NCBI GenBank assembly: GCA_038883775.1
Contig: JAVZLM010000010.1
Coordinates: 1-27,574, forward strand
DNA length: 27,574 nt
From: Candidatus Bathyarchaeia archaeon
GTDB taxonomy: Archaea > Thermoproteota > Bathyarchaeia > Bathyarchaeales > Bathycorpusculaceae
Reading direction: 5' to 3'
A model generated the notes under the pieces. It was not told where the DNA came from. It ran no database searches and worked only from the letters and a program-made list of their open reading frames with translations. The stretch's first letter is position 1, and each line of letters opens with the position of its first letter. Below are positions 6,838-16,128 of this stretch, piece after piece. The translations under genes and the position numbers were made by a program.

Positions 6838-7737
6838 TTAATTATTTATGTTTTCTACCGCTTTAAGCGCTTCTTCTACTTCCCTTCTTTCCTCCTCTTT
6901 CAATGGTAGCGCTGGGCTTCGCGGGTAGCCCGCGGGTAAGCCAAGTATTTTTAATGCTTCTTTTATTGTCGAAAGCTGATTATATTTTTTAACAAGAACT
7001 TCATTTAGGTAGTTCAAACGTTGCTGTAAGAGGCTTGCTTTTTCGTAGTTGCCCATTTTAAAGGCGTCATAGAGGCTTTGGCAAATTTTTGGAAAAACGT
7101 TTGCTACTGCGATTACTGCGCCCCTACCCCCCAACATTAGAGTTGGAAGAGTCACATCAGTTGTTCCAGCTAAAACTGAAATTTTGTCTCCAGCCAATCG
7201 TATAGTTTCAGCTATGTTTCCAATGTTGCCTCCGCTGTCTTTTACGCCAACAACATTTTCATACTCTGAAGCAAGTTGAGCGATTACAGTTGGCTCTAGG
7301 GAGAAGCCCGTGAATTTTGGCACGCTATAAAGCACTATGGGGATGTCAACATCTTCTAAGACAGCTTTATAATGCGCTAGCAATTCCCTGTTTGAAAGCT
7401 TAAAATAAAATGGCGTCACCACCAAAGCAGCGTCAACACCAAACTCTTTTGCGTCTCTCGTAAATTGGATAGTTTCCCTTGTGCTTAGGCTTCCCGTTCC
7501 AGCAACAACCCTAACCTTGCCGCCGGCCTCCTCCATCACAATTTCGATAACTTTCTTTCGCTCCTCTCTGTTAAGGTATGGTGCCTCACCATTGCTTCCA
7601 CAGGGCACAAGCCCAGAAACTCCGCCGTTAACCCAAAACCTTATGCATTTTCTCAAAGCCTCTTCGTCTAATTCGCCTTCTCTTGTGAAGGGCGTTATAT
7701 GTGGTACAAAAATTCCATTTAGGCTTATTTTTGGCAT
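6838..7737 (-). CDS. DapA/NAL-family class I aldolase, 4-hydroxy-2-oxoglutarate-aldolase-like
   Basis: ITPF, GSNGE, VVTPFY, LYSVP, Schiff-base KDSGG, VLAG. Lacks the DHDPS GTTGE and LYNVPxR signatures. Confidence 0.88.
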   Translation of the reverse strand: MPKISLNGIFVPHITPFTREGELDEEALRKCIRFWVNGGVSGLVPCGSNGEAPYLNREERKKVIEIVMEEAGGKVRVVAGTGSLSTRETIQFTRDAKEFGVDAALVVTPFYFKLSNRELLAHYKAVLEDVDIPIVLYSVPKFTGFSLEPTVIAQLASEYENVVGVKDSGGNIGNIAETIRLAGDKISVLAGTTDVTLPTLMLGGRGAVIAVANVFPKICQSLYDAFKMGNYEKASLLQQRLNYLNEVLVKKYNQLSTIKEALKILGLPAGYPRSPALPLKEEERREVEEALKAVENINN

Positions 7738-7807
7738 AGCTTTCCCTCAAAAATTGAATACTAGTAACTTATATATTGTTTTAGAAAGAAAATGAGGAGA
7801 TTTACGT

Positions 7808-8392
7808 TTATTCTCCCTTTTCTTCCGCCTTCCACATCACTTGAGGTCTGCGGGCTGAAAGGAATATGGTTGCTGCTATGATAACGGTGCAGACAATTAA
7901 CAACACCACTTGAATGGTGAACAATGTTATGATCTGGTCCATGTAGACTGGTGTTTCAGCCACGTTGATGATGGGTTTTTCATCTGGGTGATCTGGAGTC
8001 GGTAAGTTCGTGTAAACTTTAATGTCAACCTTTGTGGTTTTTGCTCTTCCATCTGTTGGAACCGTGAAACTTATTTCAAAAACGCGTACGGTATGCTCAG
8101 TTAAGGTTTTTTCGTTCTCGGGTGGCACGTAAGTAAGATTTCCAACCCAAGTGCCTTTTGCTTTGTCGTAAGCCCACCATTCCTCAAAGACTATAATGAT
8201 GTTGCGAATGGTGACCGGCGAATCCCGAATATTGTTATAAGTAATGTAGAGCTTTCCACTTTGACCAGCCAAGTAGCAGGGCTTGTCCGTCCACGCTGTA
8301 ATTATTTCCGAAGGACCTTGGGCTTGTGCTACAGCGGCAAGCAAAAGCGTTGAAAGACACATTAAATTTAGAGTCAGAATCTGCTTATTCAT
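7808..8392 (-). CDS. Secreted, C-terminally membrane-anchored protein with Ig-like beta-sandwich domain
   Basis: Signal peptide (…LLLAAVAQA), TDKxxYxxG motif, beta-rich body, C-terminal hydrophobic helix followed by RR. Confidence 0.75.
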   Translation of the reverse strand: MNKQILTLNLMCLSTLLLAAVAQAQGPSEIITAWTDKPCYLAGQSGKLYITYNNIRDSPVTIRNIIIVFEEWWAYDKAKGTWVGNLTYVPPENEKTLTEHTVRVFEISFTVPTDGRAKTTKVDIKVYTNLPTPDHPDEKPIINVAETPVYMDQIITLFTIQVVLLIVCTVIIAATIFLSARRPQVMWKAEEKGE

Positions 8393-8430
8393 TCTATCAC
8401 CAGTTCGCTCATTTTAAGTTCGATGATTAT

Positions 8431-9666
8431 TTAAAACTTGTTATGTTCCTTGTTAATACAACTTTTCAAAACTTCCATCAGCTTTATGGTTGAAGCATCT
8501 GTCCTAACTCCGTTAGGGTTAAAATGGGTTAGAGAGGCTTGAAAGCCTCCATCTTTTAAAACGTTTATAACCTTTCTAACGGAAGGCACTGGTATTGTCA
8601 GTTTATCGCATAACTTGTTAACCACATAGTATGTTGGTGTACTGTCAACTTCACCCTTTATTAGAGCCAAAATTTTCAAAATTTTAGCTTTACATCCAAG
8701 CGTCATTTTTCGGGCTACTTTTTCCATGTTTTCGCAGAATTCTTTATCAAATAGTTTTCCAAGCCATAATGGTCCAGCATATTCGAGTTTTGAGTTACAT
8801 TGGCTGCATTTTCCAGAGAGCTCCATTAGAGATTGTGCCTTTAGGGTTTCTCTGTGGAAACAATTGAAACAATGCAGTAAGTAGCCCATGTTTTTTATGC
8901 TATCATCAGCCTTTTTTGCACCATAGGCTATTTTTGCGTATAGGCGGATGTAATGGTTCGTGCTGTGGCTGAAAATTACGCTTATGCCAATATCATATTT
9001 TGCAGCTGTTGTTGCCAAGCATCCAGCCAGAAGCCTCACAGCTAACTCATGGCAATACTCCGTTCGCAATGGTTTTCCGCCATATTTACGTATGCACGCC
9101 TTCGGATAAACTCCACATAAAGGCGCCATATCCGTCGCGGTTAGGGCTAGGAGACCACTGTCTCTTAGGGCTCTTATGGCTGAATCAAGATAGGAAACGG
9201 GTGAGCCAAAGGGGTCTATGTCTATGGCGTCAAATCTTTTACGGGGAGCACCATAACGGCTTAAGAGACGATTTGCATCCTCATTCTTCACCACAACACG
9301 CTTACTAAGCTTATTCATCTGCACATTAGCCCTTGCAAGCTCGAACGCTTTATCGCTAATATCGTTGATTAAGACTTTTTTGACGCCCTCAACTTCCCTT
9401 GCAAAACGTATTCCTCTAACGCCACAGCCTGCTAAAGGCTCGCAAACAACGATTTTGCGGTTAACTGTTTTCTGATACGTTTGAAGGGCTATGACGGCTA
9501 TGTCACGATTTAATTCCATAACTGGGTTGTAGAAAACCGGAGCCTTTGAAGGCGCATATTCAGAAGGCGCTTTTATGAAGGATTTAAGTTTCGGTATGAG
9601 TATTTTGATTTTGCCTTCTTCCGCTATTTCTGTTTGGAAATCTATTTTGAAATTTTCATTTTTCAT
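8431..9666 (-). CDS. trm1: tRNA (guanine26-N2)-dimethyltransferase Trm1
   Basis: VFYNPVMELNRD, AGCGVRGIRF, DIDPFGSP, TATD, HYIR, CxxC...CxxC, GPLWLG, THF. Confidence 0.96.
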   Translation of the reverse strand: MKNENFKIDFQTEIAEEGKIKILIPKLKSFIKAPSEYAPSKAPVFYNPVMELNRDIAVIALQTYQKTVNRKIVVCEPLAGCGVRGIRFAREVEGVKKVLINDISDKAFELARANVQMNKLSKRVVVKNEDANRLLSRYGAPRKRFDAIDIDPFGSPVSYLDSAIRALRDSGLLALTATDMAPLCGVYPKACIRKYGGKPLRTEYCHELAVRLLAGCLATTAAKYDIGISVIFSHSTNHYIRLYAKIAYGAKKADDSIKNMGYLLHCFNCFHRETLKAQSLMELSGKCSQCNSKLEYAGPLWLGKLFDKEFCENMEKVARKMTLGCKAKILKILALIKGEVDSTPTYYVVNKLCDKLTIPVPSVRKVINVLKDGGFQASLTHFNPNGVRTDASTIKLMEVLKSCINKEHNKF

Positions 9667-9698
9667 TCTTTAACTATTCACCTTCACGTTAATGCGTT

Positions 9699-10781
9699 TT
9701 AAAAGATGTGGCGGATTTCTTCTAGGATTTTTTTGATGGGTATCTGATACGGACATTTTGGTTCACATATTCCACAGTTATCACATTTGTCTGCCTTGAC
9801 CTCTAAGCCTGAATACAATTCTTTAGCCCAATTTTTTAGATTATAGATTTGCGCTAAATCATAAAACCTTAGGAGCGCTGGGATATTCAGTTTCCTTGGA
9901 CATGGAAGACAGAGTCCACAGTCTCTGCAATAATACTTTCCAAGGTTCACATTGAACAAACTCTCTTCTTCTGGCGTTAATCCCTTGAACTCCTCTCCAA
10001 CCTTAGCTGCAACTTCCACCTCTTCAACACTTTTAAAACCTGGAATAACCGTTGAAATGTCTTGAGCCAAAATGAACCTTAAAGCCCTGCTAACTCTCGA
10101 AGTTATGTCTACTCCTAAGAGATTTTTAAGTTCAGGATGGTTGGAGAGAAGGGAAAGGGACGGTTTGTATTTCCAAGTTAATATGTTGGCAACTTTCATA
10201 GCCAGAGGCTTCATAACTACAACTCCAACATTATATTTTTTAGCCAACGGCAAAAGCACCTCTATAGGTTGCCTAGTTACAACATTTAAGGGAACCAGCA
10301 CCATGTCGAACTCTCCAGTTTTTATGGCTTCAACTAAAACGTTTGGTCTGTGACTTGAAATTCCAATAAAATCTATTAATCCTTCAGAACGGGCTTCCTC
10401 GCATGTTTTTAGCGCTCCATCTGAAGACATAGTCTTTTTTAGGATTTGAAGGTCGTCTATTCCGTGAAGTTGAAGAATATCAATTCGATCCGTCTTCAAA
10501 GCTTTGAGACTTTTCTCAACTTCTTTAAGCGATTCTTTCTTGGTTTTTGAACCAGTTTTACTCGCAACTATACATTTGTCTCTTAAACCCTGAAGAGCCG
10601 AACCGAGTTTTTCCTCGCTGTCTCCATATCCTCTCGCAGTGTCAAAGTAATTCACACCTAAGTCGACGGCTCTTCTAACAATTTTTATGCTTTCCTCGAG
10701 GGTTAATTCTGGAAGCCACATAGCTCCAAAACCGATTATGCTGACTTCGAGGTTTGTCCTCCCAAGTTTTCTTTTTTCCAA
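9699..10781 (-). CDS. Aldo/keto reductase with C-terminal 4Fe-4S ferredoxin domain
   Basis: RKLGRT.L.VS.IGFG, FDTARGYG.SEE.LG, IVASK, DILQLH, MKPL; C-terminal CRDCGLCLPCP and CDNCGICEPKCP. Confidence 0.92.
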   Translation of the reverse strand: MEKRKLGRTNLEVSIIGFGAMWLPELTLEESIKIVRRAVDLGVNYFDTARGYGDSEEKLGSALQGLRDKCIVASKTGSKTKKESLKEVEKSLKALKTDRIDILQLHGIDDLQILKKTMSSDGALKTCEEARSEGLIDFIGISSHRPNVLVEAIKTGEFDMVLVPLNVVTRQPIEVLLPLAKKYNVGVVVMKPLAMKVANILTWKYKPSLSLLSNHPELKNLLGVDITSRVSRALRFILAQDISTVIPGFKSVEEVEVAAKVGEEFKGLTPEEESLFNVNLGKYYCRDCGLCLPCPRKLNIPALLRFYDLAQIYNLKNWAKELYSGLEVKADKCDNCGICEPKCPYQIPIKKILEEIRHIF

Positions 10782-10851
10782 ACTTACACCAGCATCATTC
10801 AGAACAAAGCATTTTAGGAAATATTAGAGTTATGTTTTAGAAGGGAAAAAT

Positions 10852-11409
10852 GTGGGAAAACGTTTGCTACTTTTAACAGGTGTTCCGGGTATAGGAAAAA
10901 CAACGGTTTTGTTGAGAACTGTTGAAGCTTTGAAGGCTAAGGGTTACAGTGTTGGTGGTATGGTTAGCCGTGAGGTCCGCTCATGTGGTGCACGGATTGG
11001 TTTTGAAATTTTAGATTTAGGCAGTGATAGGCGTGGGTGGCTTGCCCATATAAACCAGAAAGTGGGACCTCAAATTGGGAAGTACCGTGTTAATTTGGCG
11101 GATTTAGATGCTATAGGCGCAGAAGCCATTTTAAAAGCTATTGAAGAATGCGATGTTATAGCCGTAGACGAGATTGGTCCCATGGAATTGTTTTCTGAAA
11201 AATTCAGATTGGCCGTTAAAAGGGCTGTGGAGAGCACTAAGCCCATAATTGGTGTTGTACATTGGAAAGCGAAGCATATGCTGATTGACGAAGTGAAGGC
11301 AAGAGAAGACGCAGAAATTTATGCTGTCACGTATGAAAATAGGGATAGAATGCATGAAGTAATTTTGGAAAAAGCCATTAAACATTTGGAACTAAAAAAG
11401 AGAGAGTGA
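10852..11409 (+). CDS. Nucleoside triphosphatase, THEP1/NTPase_1 family
   Basis: Walker A TGVPGIGKTT, R.GF.I.DL, VGPQIGKYRV, Walker B VDEIGPMEL. Confidence 0.93.
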   Translation: MGKRLLLLTGVPGIGKTTVLLRTVEALKAKGYSVGGMVSREVRSCGARIGFEILDLGSDRRGWLAHINQKVGPQIGKYRVNLADLDAIGAEAILKAIEECDVIAVDEIGPMELFSEKFRLAVKRAVESTKPIIGVVHWKAKHMLIDEVKAREDAEIYAVTYENRDRMHEVILEKAIKHLELKKRE

Positions 11410-11982
11410 CTAGTAGTTTTCGCACCAGAGTTCGAAGTAGCTTCTTGGATGATCGCAAACTGGACATCTTTCAGGCGCTTCGTCATTCTCAAAAACGTAT
11501 CCGCAGTTTCTACACTTCCACATGACTGACGAATCCTTTTTGAATACTTTGCCTTGCTCAAGGTTTGCCAGCAACTTTCTATATCGCCTTTCATGGTATG
11601 CTTCCACTTTGGCGACCATGCGGAAGGTTCTTGCGGCTTCTGCAAAGCCTTCCTCATCGGCGATTTCGGCAAAGTTTGGATAAAGGGTTCCCCACTCATG
11701 TTTTTCGCCTTCAGCCGCAGCCCTCAGATTTTCCGCTGTTGAACCAATAACGCCAGCAGGATAAGCAGCCGTTATCTCCACCATTCCGCCCTTCAAGAGT
11801 TTAAAGAACAGTTGCGCATGCTCCTTCTCATTTTCGGCTGTTTCTGTGAAAATTGCGCTTATCTGCTCATAACCCTCCTTTTTGGCTACGCTTGCGAAGA
11901 AAGTGTAGCGTGTTCTCGCTTGGGATTCTCCAGCAAAAGCAGCTAACAAATTCTTTTCGGTTCTGCTACCTTTCAAATCCAA
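11410..11982 (-). CDS. rbr: Rubrerythrin
   Basis: TEKNLLAAFAGESQA, di-iron ENEKEHA / EGEKHE / EAYHE, and rubredoxin-like CRNCG...CPVC. Real start is TTG at about 11982; the ORF-track extension is antisense to rnhB. Confidence 0.95.
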   Translation of the reverse strand: MDLKGSRTEKNLLAAFAGESQARTRYTFFASVAKKEGYEQISAIFTETAENEKEHAQLFFKLLKGGMVEITAAYPAGVIGSTAENLRAAAEGEKHEWGTLYPNFAEIADEEGFAEAARTFRMVAKVEAYHERRYRKLLANLEQGKVFKKDSSVMWKCRNCGYVFENDEAPERCPVCDHPRSYFELWCENY

Positions 11983-12082
11983 AAGATTCAAACCCCCATT
12001 TAGACCCCATATTTTGCTTAACAGCATAATAAGATTTTGCGGAAAAGATAAAGGGTAGGGTCCATATTGGTTGCTGGGTAAA

Positions 12083-12113
12083 CCAAAAAATGTTATAACT
12101 CCAAAAATGTTAT
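12083..12113. repeat. Near-perfect direct repeat CCAAAAA(A)TGTTAT x2 in the rbr/rnhB divergent intergenic region
   Basis: CCAAAAAATGTTAT at 12083-12096 and CCAAAAATGTTAT at 12101-12113. Confidence 0.6.
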
Positions 12114-12139
12114 CAAATTTCATGAGGGAAGGCTTTCTG

Positions 12140-12802
12140 ATGCTAGTCGCAGGCGTTGATGACGCTGGAAGGGGCTCCGTGATTGGTCCATTAGTTATAG
12201 CAGGAATCCTAATGCAGGAAGAGAAGCTGCCAAAACTCTTGGAATTGAAGGTAAGGGATTCGAAGCTTTTGTCGGCGCATAGGCGGGAAATTCTTGCTGT
12301 TGAAATCAAGCGGGTTGCCCAAAAATTTAGTGTCATAAAAATTTCGCCGAAAGAAATTGACAAGGTTGTGGAGAAGGGCAGAAAACTTCATAGATTGAAT
12401 AGGTTGGAGGCTCAGAAAATGGCTGAAATCATAGAAGTGCTTAAACCAGACATAGCTTATGTTGACGCCTCAGACGTTTTGGAAGAAAGGTTTAAACAAC
12501 ACGTTCTAGAATGCCTAACTTTTAAGCCAAAAATTGTTTCTGAACATAAGGCCGATAGAAAATATCCCATAGTTTCCGCAGCTTCAATAATAGCCAAAGT
12601 GGAAAGAGACAAAGCGATAGCGGAATTAGCAGAGAAGTATGGAGATTTAGGCTGCGGGTATCCTACAGATCCAAAAACTTTAGATTTTCTTAGACGATGG
12701 CTGGAAAGGTTTGGGGAATATCCAGATTTTGTTAGGAAATCTTGGAAACCAGCTAAAAAAGCGAAAAGTGAAAACGATTTACGCCAGAAAAGGCTTATTT
12801 AA
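12140..12802 (+). CDS. rnhB: Ribonuclease HII
   Basis: GVDDAGRGSVIGP, RDSKLL, YVDASD, EHKAD, VSAASIIAKVERD, GCGYPTDPKT, RKSW. Start ATG at 12140. Confidence 0.96.
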   Translation: MLVAGVDDAGRGSVIGPLVIAGILMQEEKLPKLLELKVRDSKLLSAHRREILAVEIKRVAQKFSVIKISPKEIDKVVEKGRKLHRLNRLEAQKMAEIIEVLKPDIAYVDASDVLEERFKQHVLECLTFKPKIVSEHKADRKYPIVSAASIIAKVERDKAIAELAEKYGDLGCGYPTDPKTLDFLRRWLERFGEYPDFVRKSWKPAKKAKSENDLRQKRLI

Positions 12803-13740
12803 AGCTTTATGAGGTCTTCTGGATTTTTTATTTTTGCGATTTCCTCCTTGTAAATGCATGCAATGTCCTTGTTTGTGGGTTTTCTTCCTTCTGTTATGAG
12901 GATTGGATGAGCCTTTACTATTCTACTTACGCTTATGATTTCATCCACTCGCTTATTCAATTCCTTTTCATTGTTGCTTGCGACTCCGCCGATTATACGC
13001 ATTTTCTCTGGAACAGTTACAACAAAATCAAAAGGTGCCTTTTTCACTGCTGTGATGTTGTAGCGGGCGAATTTTCTAAAAATTCTTTGGAGAAGCTTGT
13101 TTCTGACTATGGCGTGTCCAGCCCTTGCCAAGAAACATTTGCGTTGTTCCTTTGATTTTTCGAATATATTTACGGATTTTGCCACAGGAATCCCAAGCGT
13201 GTATATGAGGTTGTAAGCTGCTGTTACGGAGGCTTTAGCCAAGCCCCGCTCATAACCATAAAGGGTTCTCCTGGAAATGCCAACCATCTCCGCCATCTCA
13301 CCAACAGACAAGCCCAATTCTTGTCTTCGCTTTTTAACGGCTTCCCAGTCAATCTCCACATAATAGCCACCTGGACCAGCTTGAATTAGAGGGTGGATGT
13401 TTCTGAGTACGATGTTTTCAAAGGTTTTTGGGGTTACAGCAAAAACATTATAGCGTGAATAGACTGTGTCGTCTTCTAGGGGTTTTTCGCGGGTTTTTTC
13501 GCTCACCAAAACTGAAGCGGCTGAGATGTATTTTGATATGATTTTAAGCTCTTCTGAATCTGTTTGGGAGAAGTTGTCGATGTCATGCTGAAATTTTATA
13601 AAAATTAGTTTTTCGCCTTTTCTCGCCGCATAATCGAAGCAGCTTGGTCTGCAGCAGCATTTTTCTGAAACCCTAAAGCCTGCTTCTTTCAGCACTTCTT
13701 CTGGAGCCTTAAAGTTCTCCTTCTCCCTATAAGTCATCAA
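12799..13740 (-). CDS. Archaeal putative HTH (XRE) transcriptional regulator, COG1395-like
   Basis: RPSCFD..ARK, GPGGYYVEID, XRE HTH GLSVGEMAEMVGISRRTLYGYERG, KAPFDF. Lies next to fibrillarin. Confidence 0.85.
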   Translation of the reverse strand: MMTYREKENFKAPEEVLKEAGFRVSEKCCCRPSCFDYAARKGEKLIFIKFQHDIDNFSQTDSEELKIISKYISAASVLVSEKTREKPLEDDTVYSRYNVFAVTPKTFENIVLRNIHPLIQAGPGGYYVEIDWEAVKKRRQELGLSVGEMAEMVGISRRTLYGYERGLAKASVTAAYNLIYTLGIPVAKSVNIFEKSKEQRKCFLARAGHAIVRNKLLQRIFRKFARYNITAVKKAPFDFVVTVPEKMRIIGGVASNNEKELNKRVDEIISVSRIVKAHPILITEGRKPTNKDIACIYKEEIAKIKNPEDLIKL

Positions 13741-13822
13741 GACGTCACAAAAATATCATAAGCATTGTCGGATATAAACTATACCTATCTTCTATAACAA
13801 TAATACACCTTTACGTGAATCG

Positions 13823-14518
13823 CTATTTTTGGGCTACTATCATGGCATGAGCCTTATCGTATGGTTCCAAATGCACCACTTCTTTTATGCTGAAGCCTCT
13901 GTTTTCCAAAACCCTAACCTCACGCGCATAAATTTCTGATGGCTCTTTTGTTACGTCTATGCTTTGGGCTTTAACAGCAAGCATTATCCATCCACCATCT
14001 TTTAGGAATAAGTCGGCATTGTCTGCCAAAATTTTGGCTTGTTCGGGTTGGGCTATGTCACAGTAAATGTCATCCACCTTTCCGCTTATGAAAACTGCAT
14101 ATTTTTCTGGAAAGCGGGCATCCTCTAAAATTGGCACCATATTAACTCTATGGGCACAAACGTTGTTGACAAGTTCGCGTATAGCTCTTGCAGCAAACTC
14201 CACACAGTAAACGTGTCCATCCTCGCCGACGATATCTGAAACGTGGCTTGCTGTTGTTCCAGAAGCAGCTCCAAGATATAGAACCTTGTGCGTTGGCTTT
14301 ATGGGAACAGTCTTCAAATCTTTCAGTATGGCTGCTGCTAACTTACTCCTAAAAGCATCCCAGACGCGATATTCAAAACCCTCATAACGTATAAGCCTCT
14401 CGCCGTAAACGTTCCTCCCAGGGGCAAGATTTTTTGTGGCAAGTCTTTGGGCTCCATCTTCAAGCGTGACTTGATAAATTGCAGGAAAATGTGGATGCGG
14501 TTTAACCTTTACCTGCAC
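13823..14518 (-). CDS. flpA: Fibrillarin-like rRNA/tRNA 2'-O-methyltransferase
   Basis: LATKNLAPG..VYGE, EYRVWD.FRSKLAAAI, VLYLGAASGTTASHVSDI, DIAQPEQA, HLEPYDKAH. Probable GTG start at 14518, overlapping the nop5 3' end. Confidence 0.97.
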   Translation of the reverse strand: MQVKVKPHPHFPAIYQVTLEDGAQRLATKNLAPGRNVYGERLIRYEGFEYRVWDAFRSKLAAAILKDLKTVPIKPTHKVLYLGAASGTTASHVSDIVGEDGHVYCVEFAARAIRELVNNVCAHRVNMVPILEDARFPEKYAVFISGKVDDIYCDIAQPEQAKILADNADLFLKDGGWIMLAVKAQSIDVTKEPSEIYAREVRVLENRGFSIKEVVHLEPYDKAHAMIVAQK

Positions 14519-15725
14519 GTTTCCATTTTCTCCTCTTCTTCTCACGTTTAGGCTTCCTTTCTGGAACTTGTGGCGGTTCAGCATACTTCTCATGAATTTC
14601 GCCTATTCGCTTTTCCAAGTTAGCCTTCAACTCTTCGCCCAAATGGCGCCCGCCGAAAGCGTCAGCCCTAACAGCAATAGCCAATTTCCCAGCCAAAGCC
14701 CTTGCAATCTTGCCTCTATGCCACTTTTTAGCTTCATGCAAAAACGTGTGCTGAAAGATTATTCCATGCTTCGGCGGCTTAGTCCCAGTTTTTAAGGAGC
14801 GGAATAGGGCTTTTTCAGCGCCTAAAACCTGAATTGTGCTTGCTGGCATCTTAGCCAAATTCGCCAAACCTCCAGAAAGCGCAATTAAACGAGCCCCCAA
14901 AAGGGAACCAACCAAGGCTTTTGTGTTTGGCGCCACCTCCTCCATAGCCATGTCCAAATATTGTTCCAAATTTTGCCTTAACTGGTATAAGCTAAGCACG
15001 TTCTTGCATAAGGCTTGAATTTGCGTTAGGTCTGTGTCGGTTATGTCTGCGCCCATTGAGGATTCAGCCATTTTTGCTATTTGCTCTGCCTTAGCCTTCG
15101 GCACATCCTCTTTCTCCAAATTTTCAACGGTGAAATTTTCCTTTTTTCCAAGCTCCGATACTAATCGGGCGTAGGTTTCATGCTTATCAACTAAGCGGTC
15201 AAGTTCTGGAAAGTGGATGCCGTACCATTCTCTAATGCGTCCCATAAACAAGTTTATGGTCTTATCCAAATCGTCTAATGTTTGAATGGCTTGAGCAACA
15301 ATTAAGTCCCTTTTTTCCACAGCGCCCTTAACCCTTAACTTGGCTATTTCCATAGTCACCTTATGCGTCCAAAGAGTAAACTCCCTGGAATCTCCAACAA
15401 AACCCGCTTTGATGGCGAAACCTTCCATATTAGACCTAAGGGCGTCACCAGCAGGCGAGGGCTTAGAAACTTCCACTTTTACGTTAAGCTTTTCTTGAGT
15501 TTCTTTGGCAAGACTTGAATTTTCAAAAACAAAGGTTTCATAACCATCTTTCTTAAGCCTTTCAATCAAATCTTTAACTTCGTCCACAACTTTTCCAGCC
15601 TCAATCTTCATTAAAGCTTCAGCAGCCTTTTGAGGATTTTTTGGAAACAAAACATTGGCTATTAGCTCGTTTTTGTCGTTGAAAGCCAAAACTCCAAAAG
15701 AACACTCAACTATCCACGCTTTCAC
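14502..15725 (-). CDS. nop5: C/D box sRNP protein Nop5 (Nop56/58)
   Basis: RDLIVAQAI..LDDLDK..N, REWYGIHFPEL, SMGAD, APN...LVG..LGARLI, PASTIQVLGAEKALF, PPKHGIIFQ, basic tail. Confidence 0.97.
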   Translation of the reverse strand: MKAWIVECSFGVLAFNDKNELIANVLFPKNPQKAAEALMKIEAGKVVDEVKDLIERLKKDGYETFVFENSSLAKETQEKLNVKVEVSKPSPAGDALRSNMEGFAIKAGFVGDSREFTLWTHKVTMEIAKLRVKGAVEKRDLIVAQAIQTLDDLDKTINLFMGRIREWYGIHFPELDRLVDKHETYARLVSELGKKENFTVENLEKEDVPKAKAEQIAKMAESSMGADITDTDLTQIQALCKNVLSLYQLRQNLEQYLDMAMEEVAPNTKALVGSLLGARLIALSGGLANLAKMPASTIQVLGAEKALFRSLKTGTKPPKHGIIFQHTFLHEAKKWHRGKIARALAGKLAIAVRADAFGGRHLGEELKANLEKRIGEIHEKYAEPPQVPERKPKREKKRRKWKRAGKG

Positions 15726-15848
15726 ACTAATTGCCTCCTTTCGCTATTAACCAATTATTCCATAGCATTATCCAATAAATAGTTGTTGCAAAAATCTTAA
15801 GTGCAAAAAGAAGCATACATCCCAAACAATGGGAGAGAAGGCAAATTT

Positions 15849-16061
15849 ATGAATAATCTAAAAAGTTTAGTGGAGAAAATTAAGAGTTTAGAAACTGAAA
15901 GAAAAAACTTACTGCTGGAAATTGAAGAACTTAGGAAAATGGCTGACGCCAAAGCCAAGGCTTTGGAAAGCGAAATAAGCATGCTAAGAGAAGAAGTGAA
16001 ATCCTTAAGGATTTTGCTTGGAGCAGAAGAACCAGAAGTGGAAAAGAAAAAGAAGAAATAG
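15849..16061 (+). CDS. Small all-coiled-coil protein with poly-Lys tail
   Basis: ATG 15849 after a purine-rich GGGAGAGAAGG. Continuous heptad pattern over about 55 aa, ending EKKKKK. Confidence 0.75.
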   Translation: MNNLKSLVEKIKSLETERKNLLLEIEELRKMADAKAKALESEISMLREEVKSLRILLGAEEPEVEKKKKK

Positions 16062-16128
16062 GCAATAATATACGCCTATAAAACTAAGCTTTATCTTACC
16101 AAAAAACAATTCTAAAGAAAACACAGCG

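Noticed and set aside
11983-12363. Apparent 127-aa N-terminal extension of rubrerythrin
   Set aside because: It is an antisense shadow of rnhB plus the intergenic region; rubrerythrin homology starts at about 11982.
14519-14593. N-terminal extension of fibrillarin
   Set aside because: It is an alternate frame of the nop5 basic tail.
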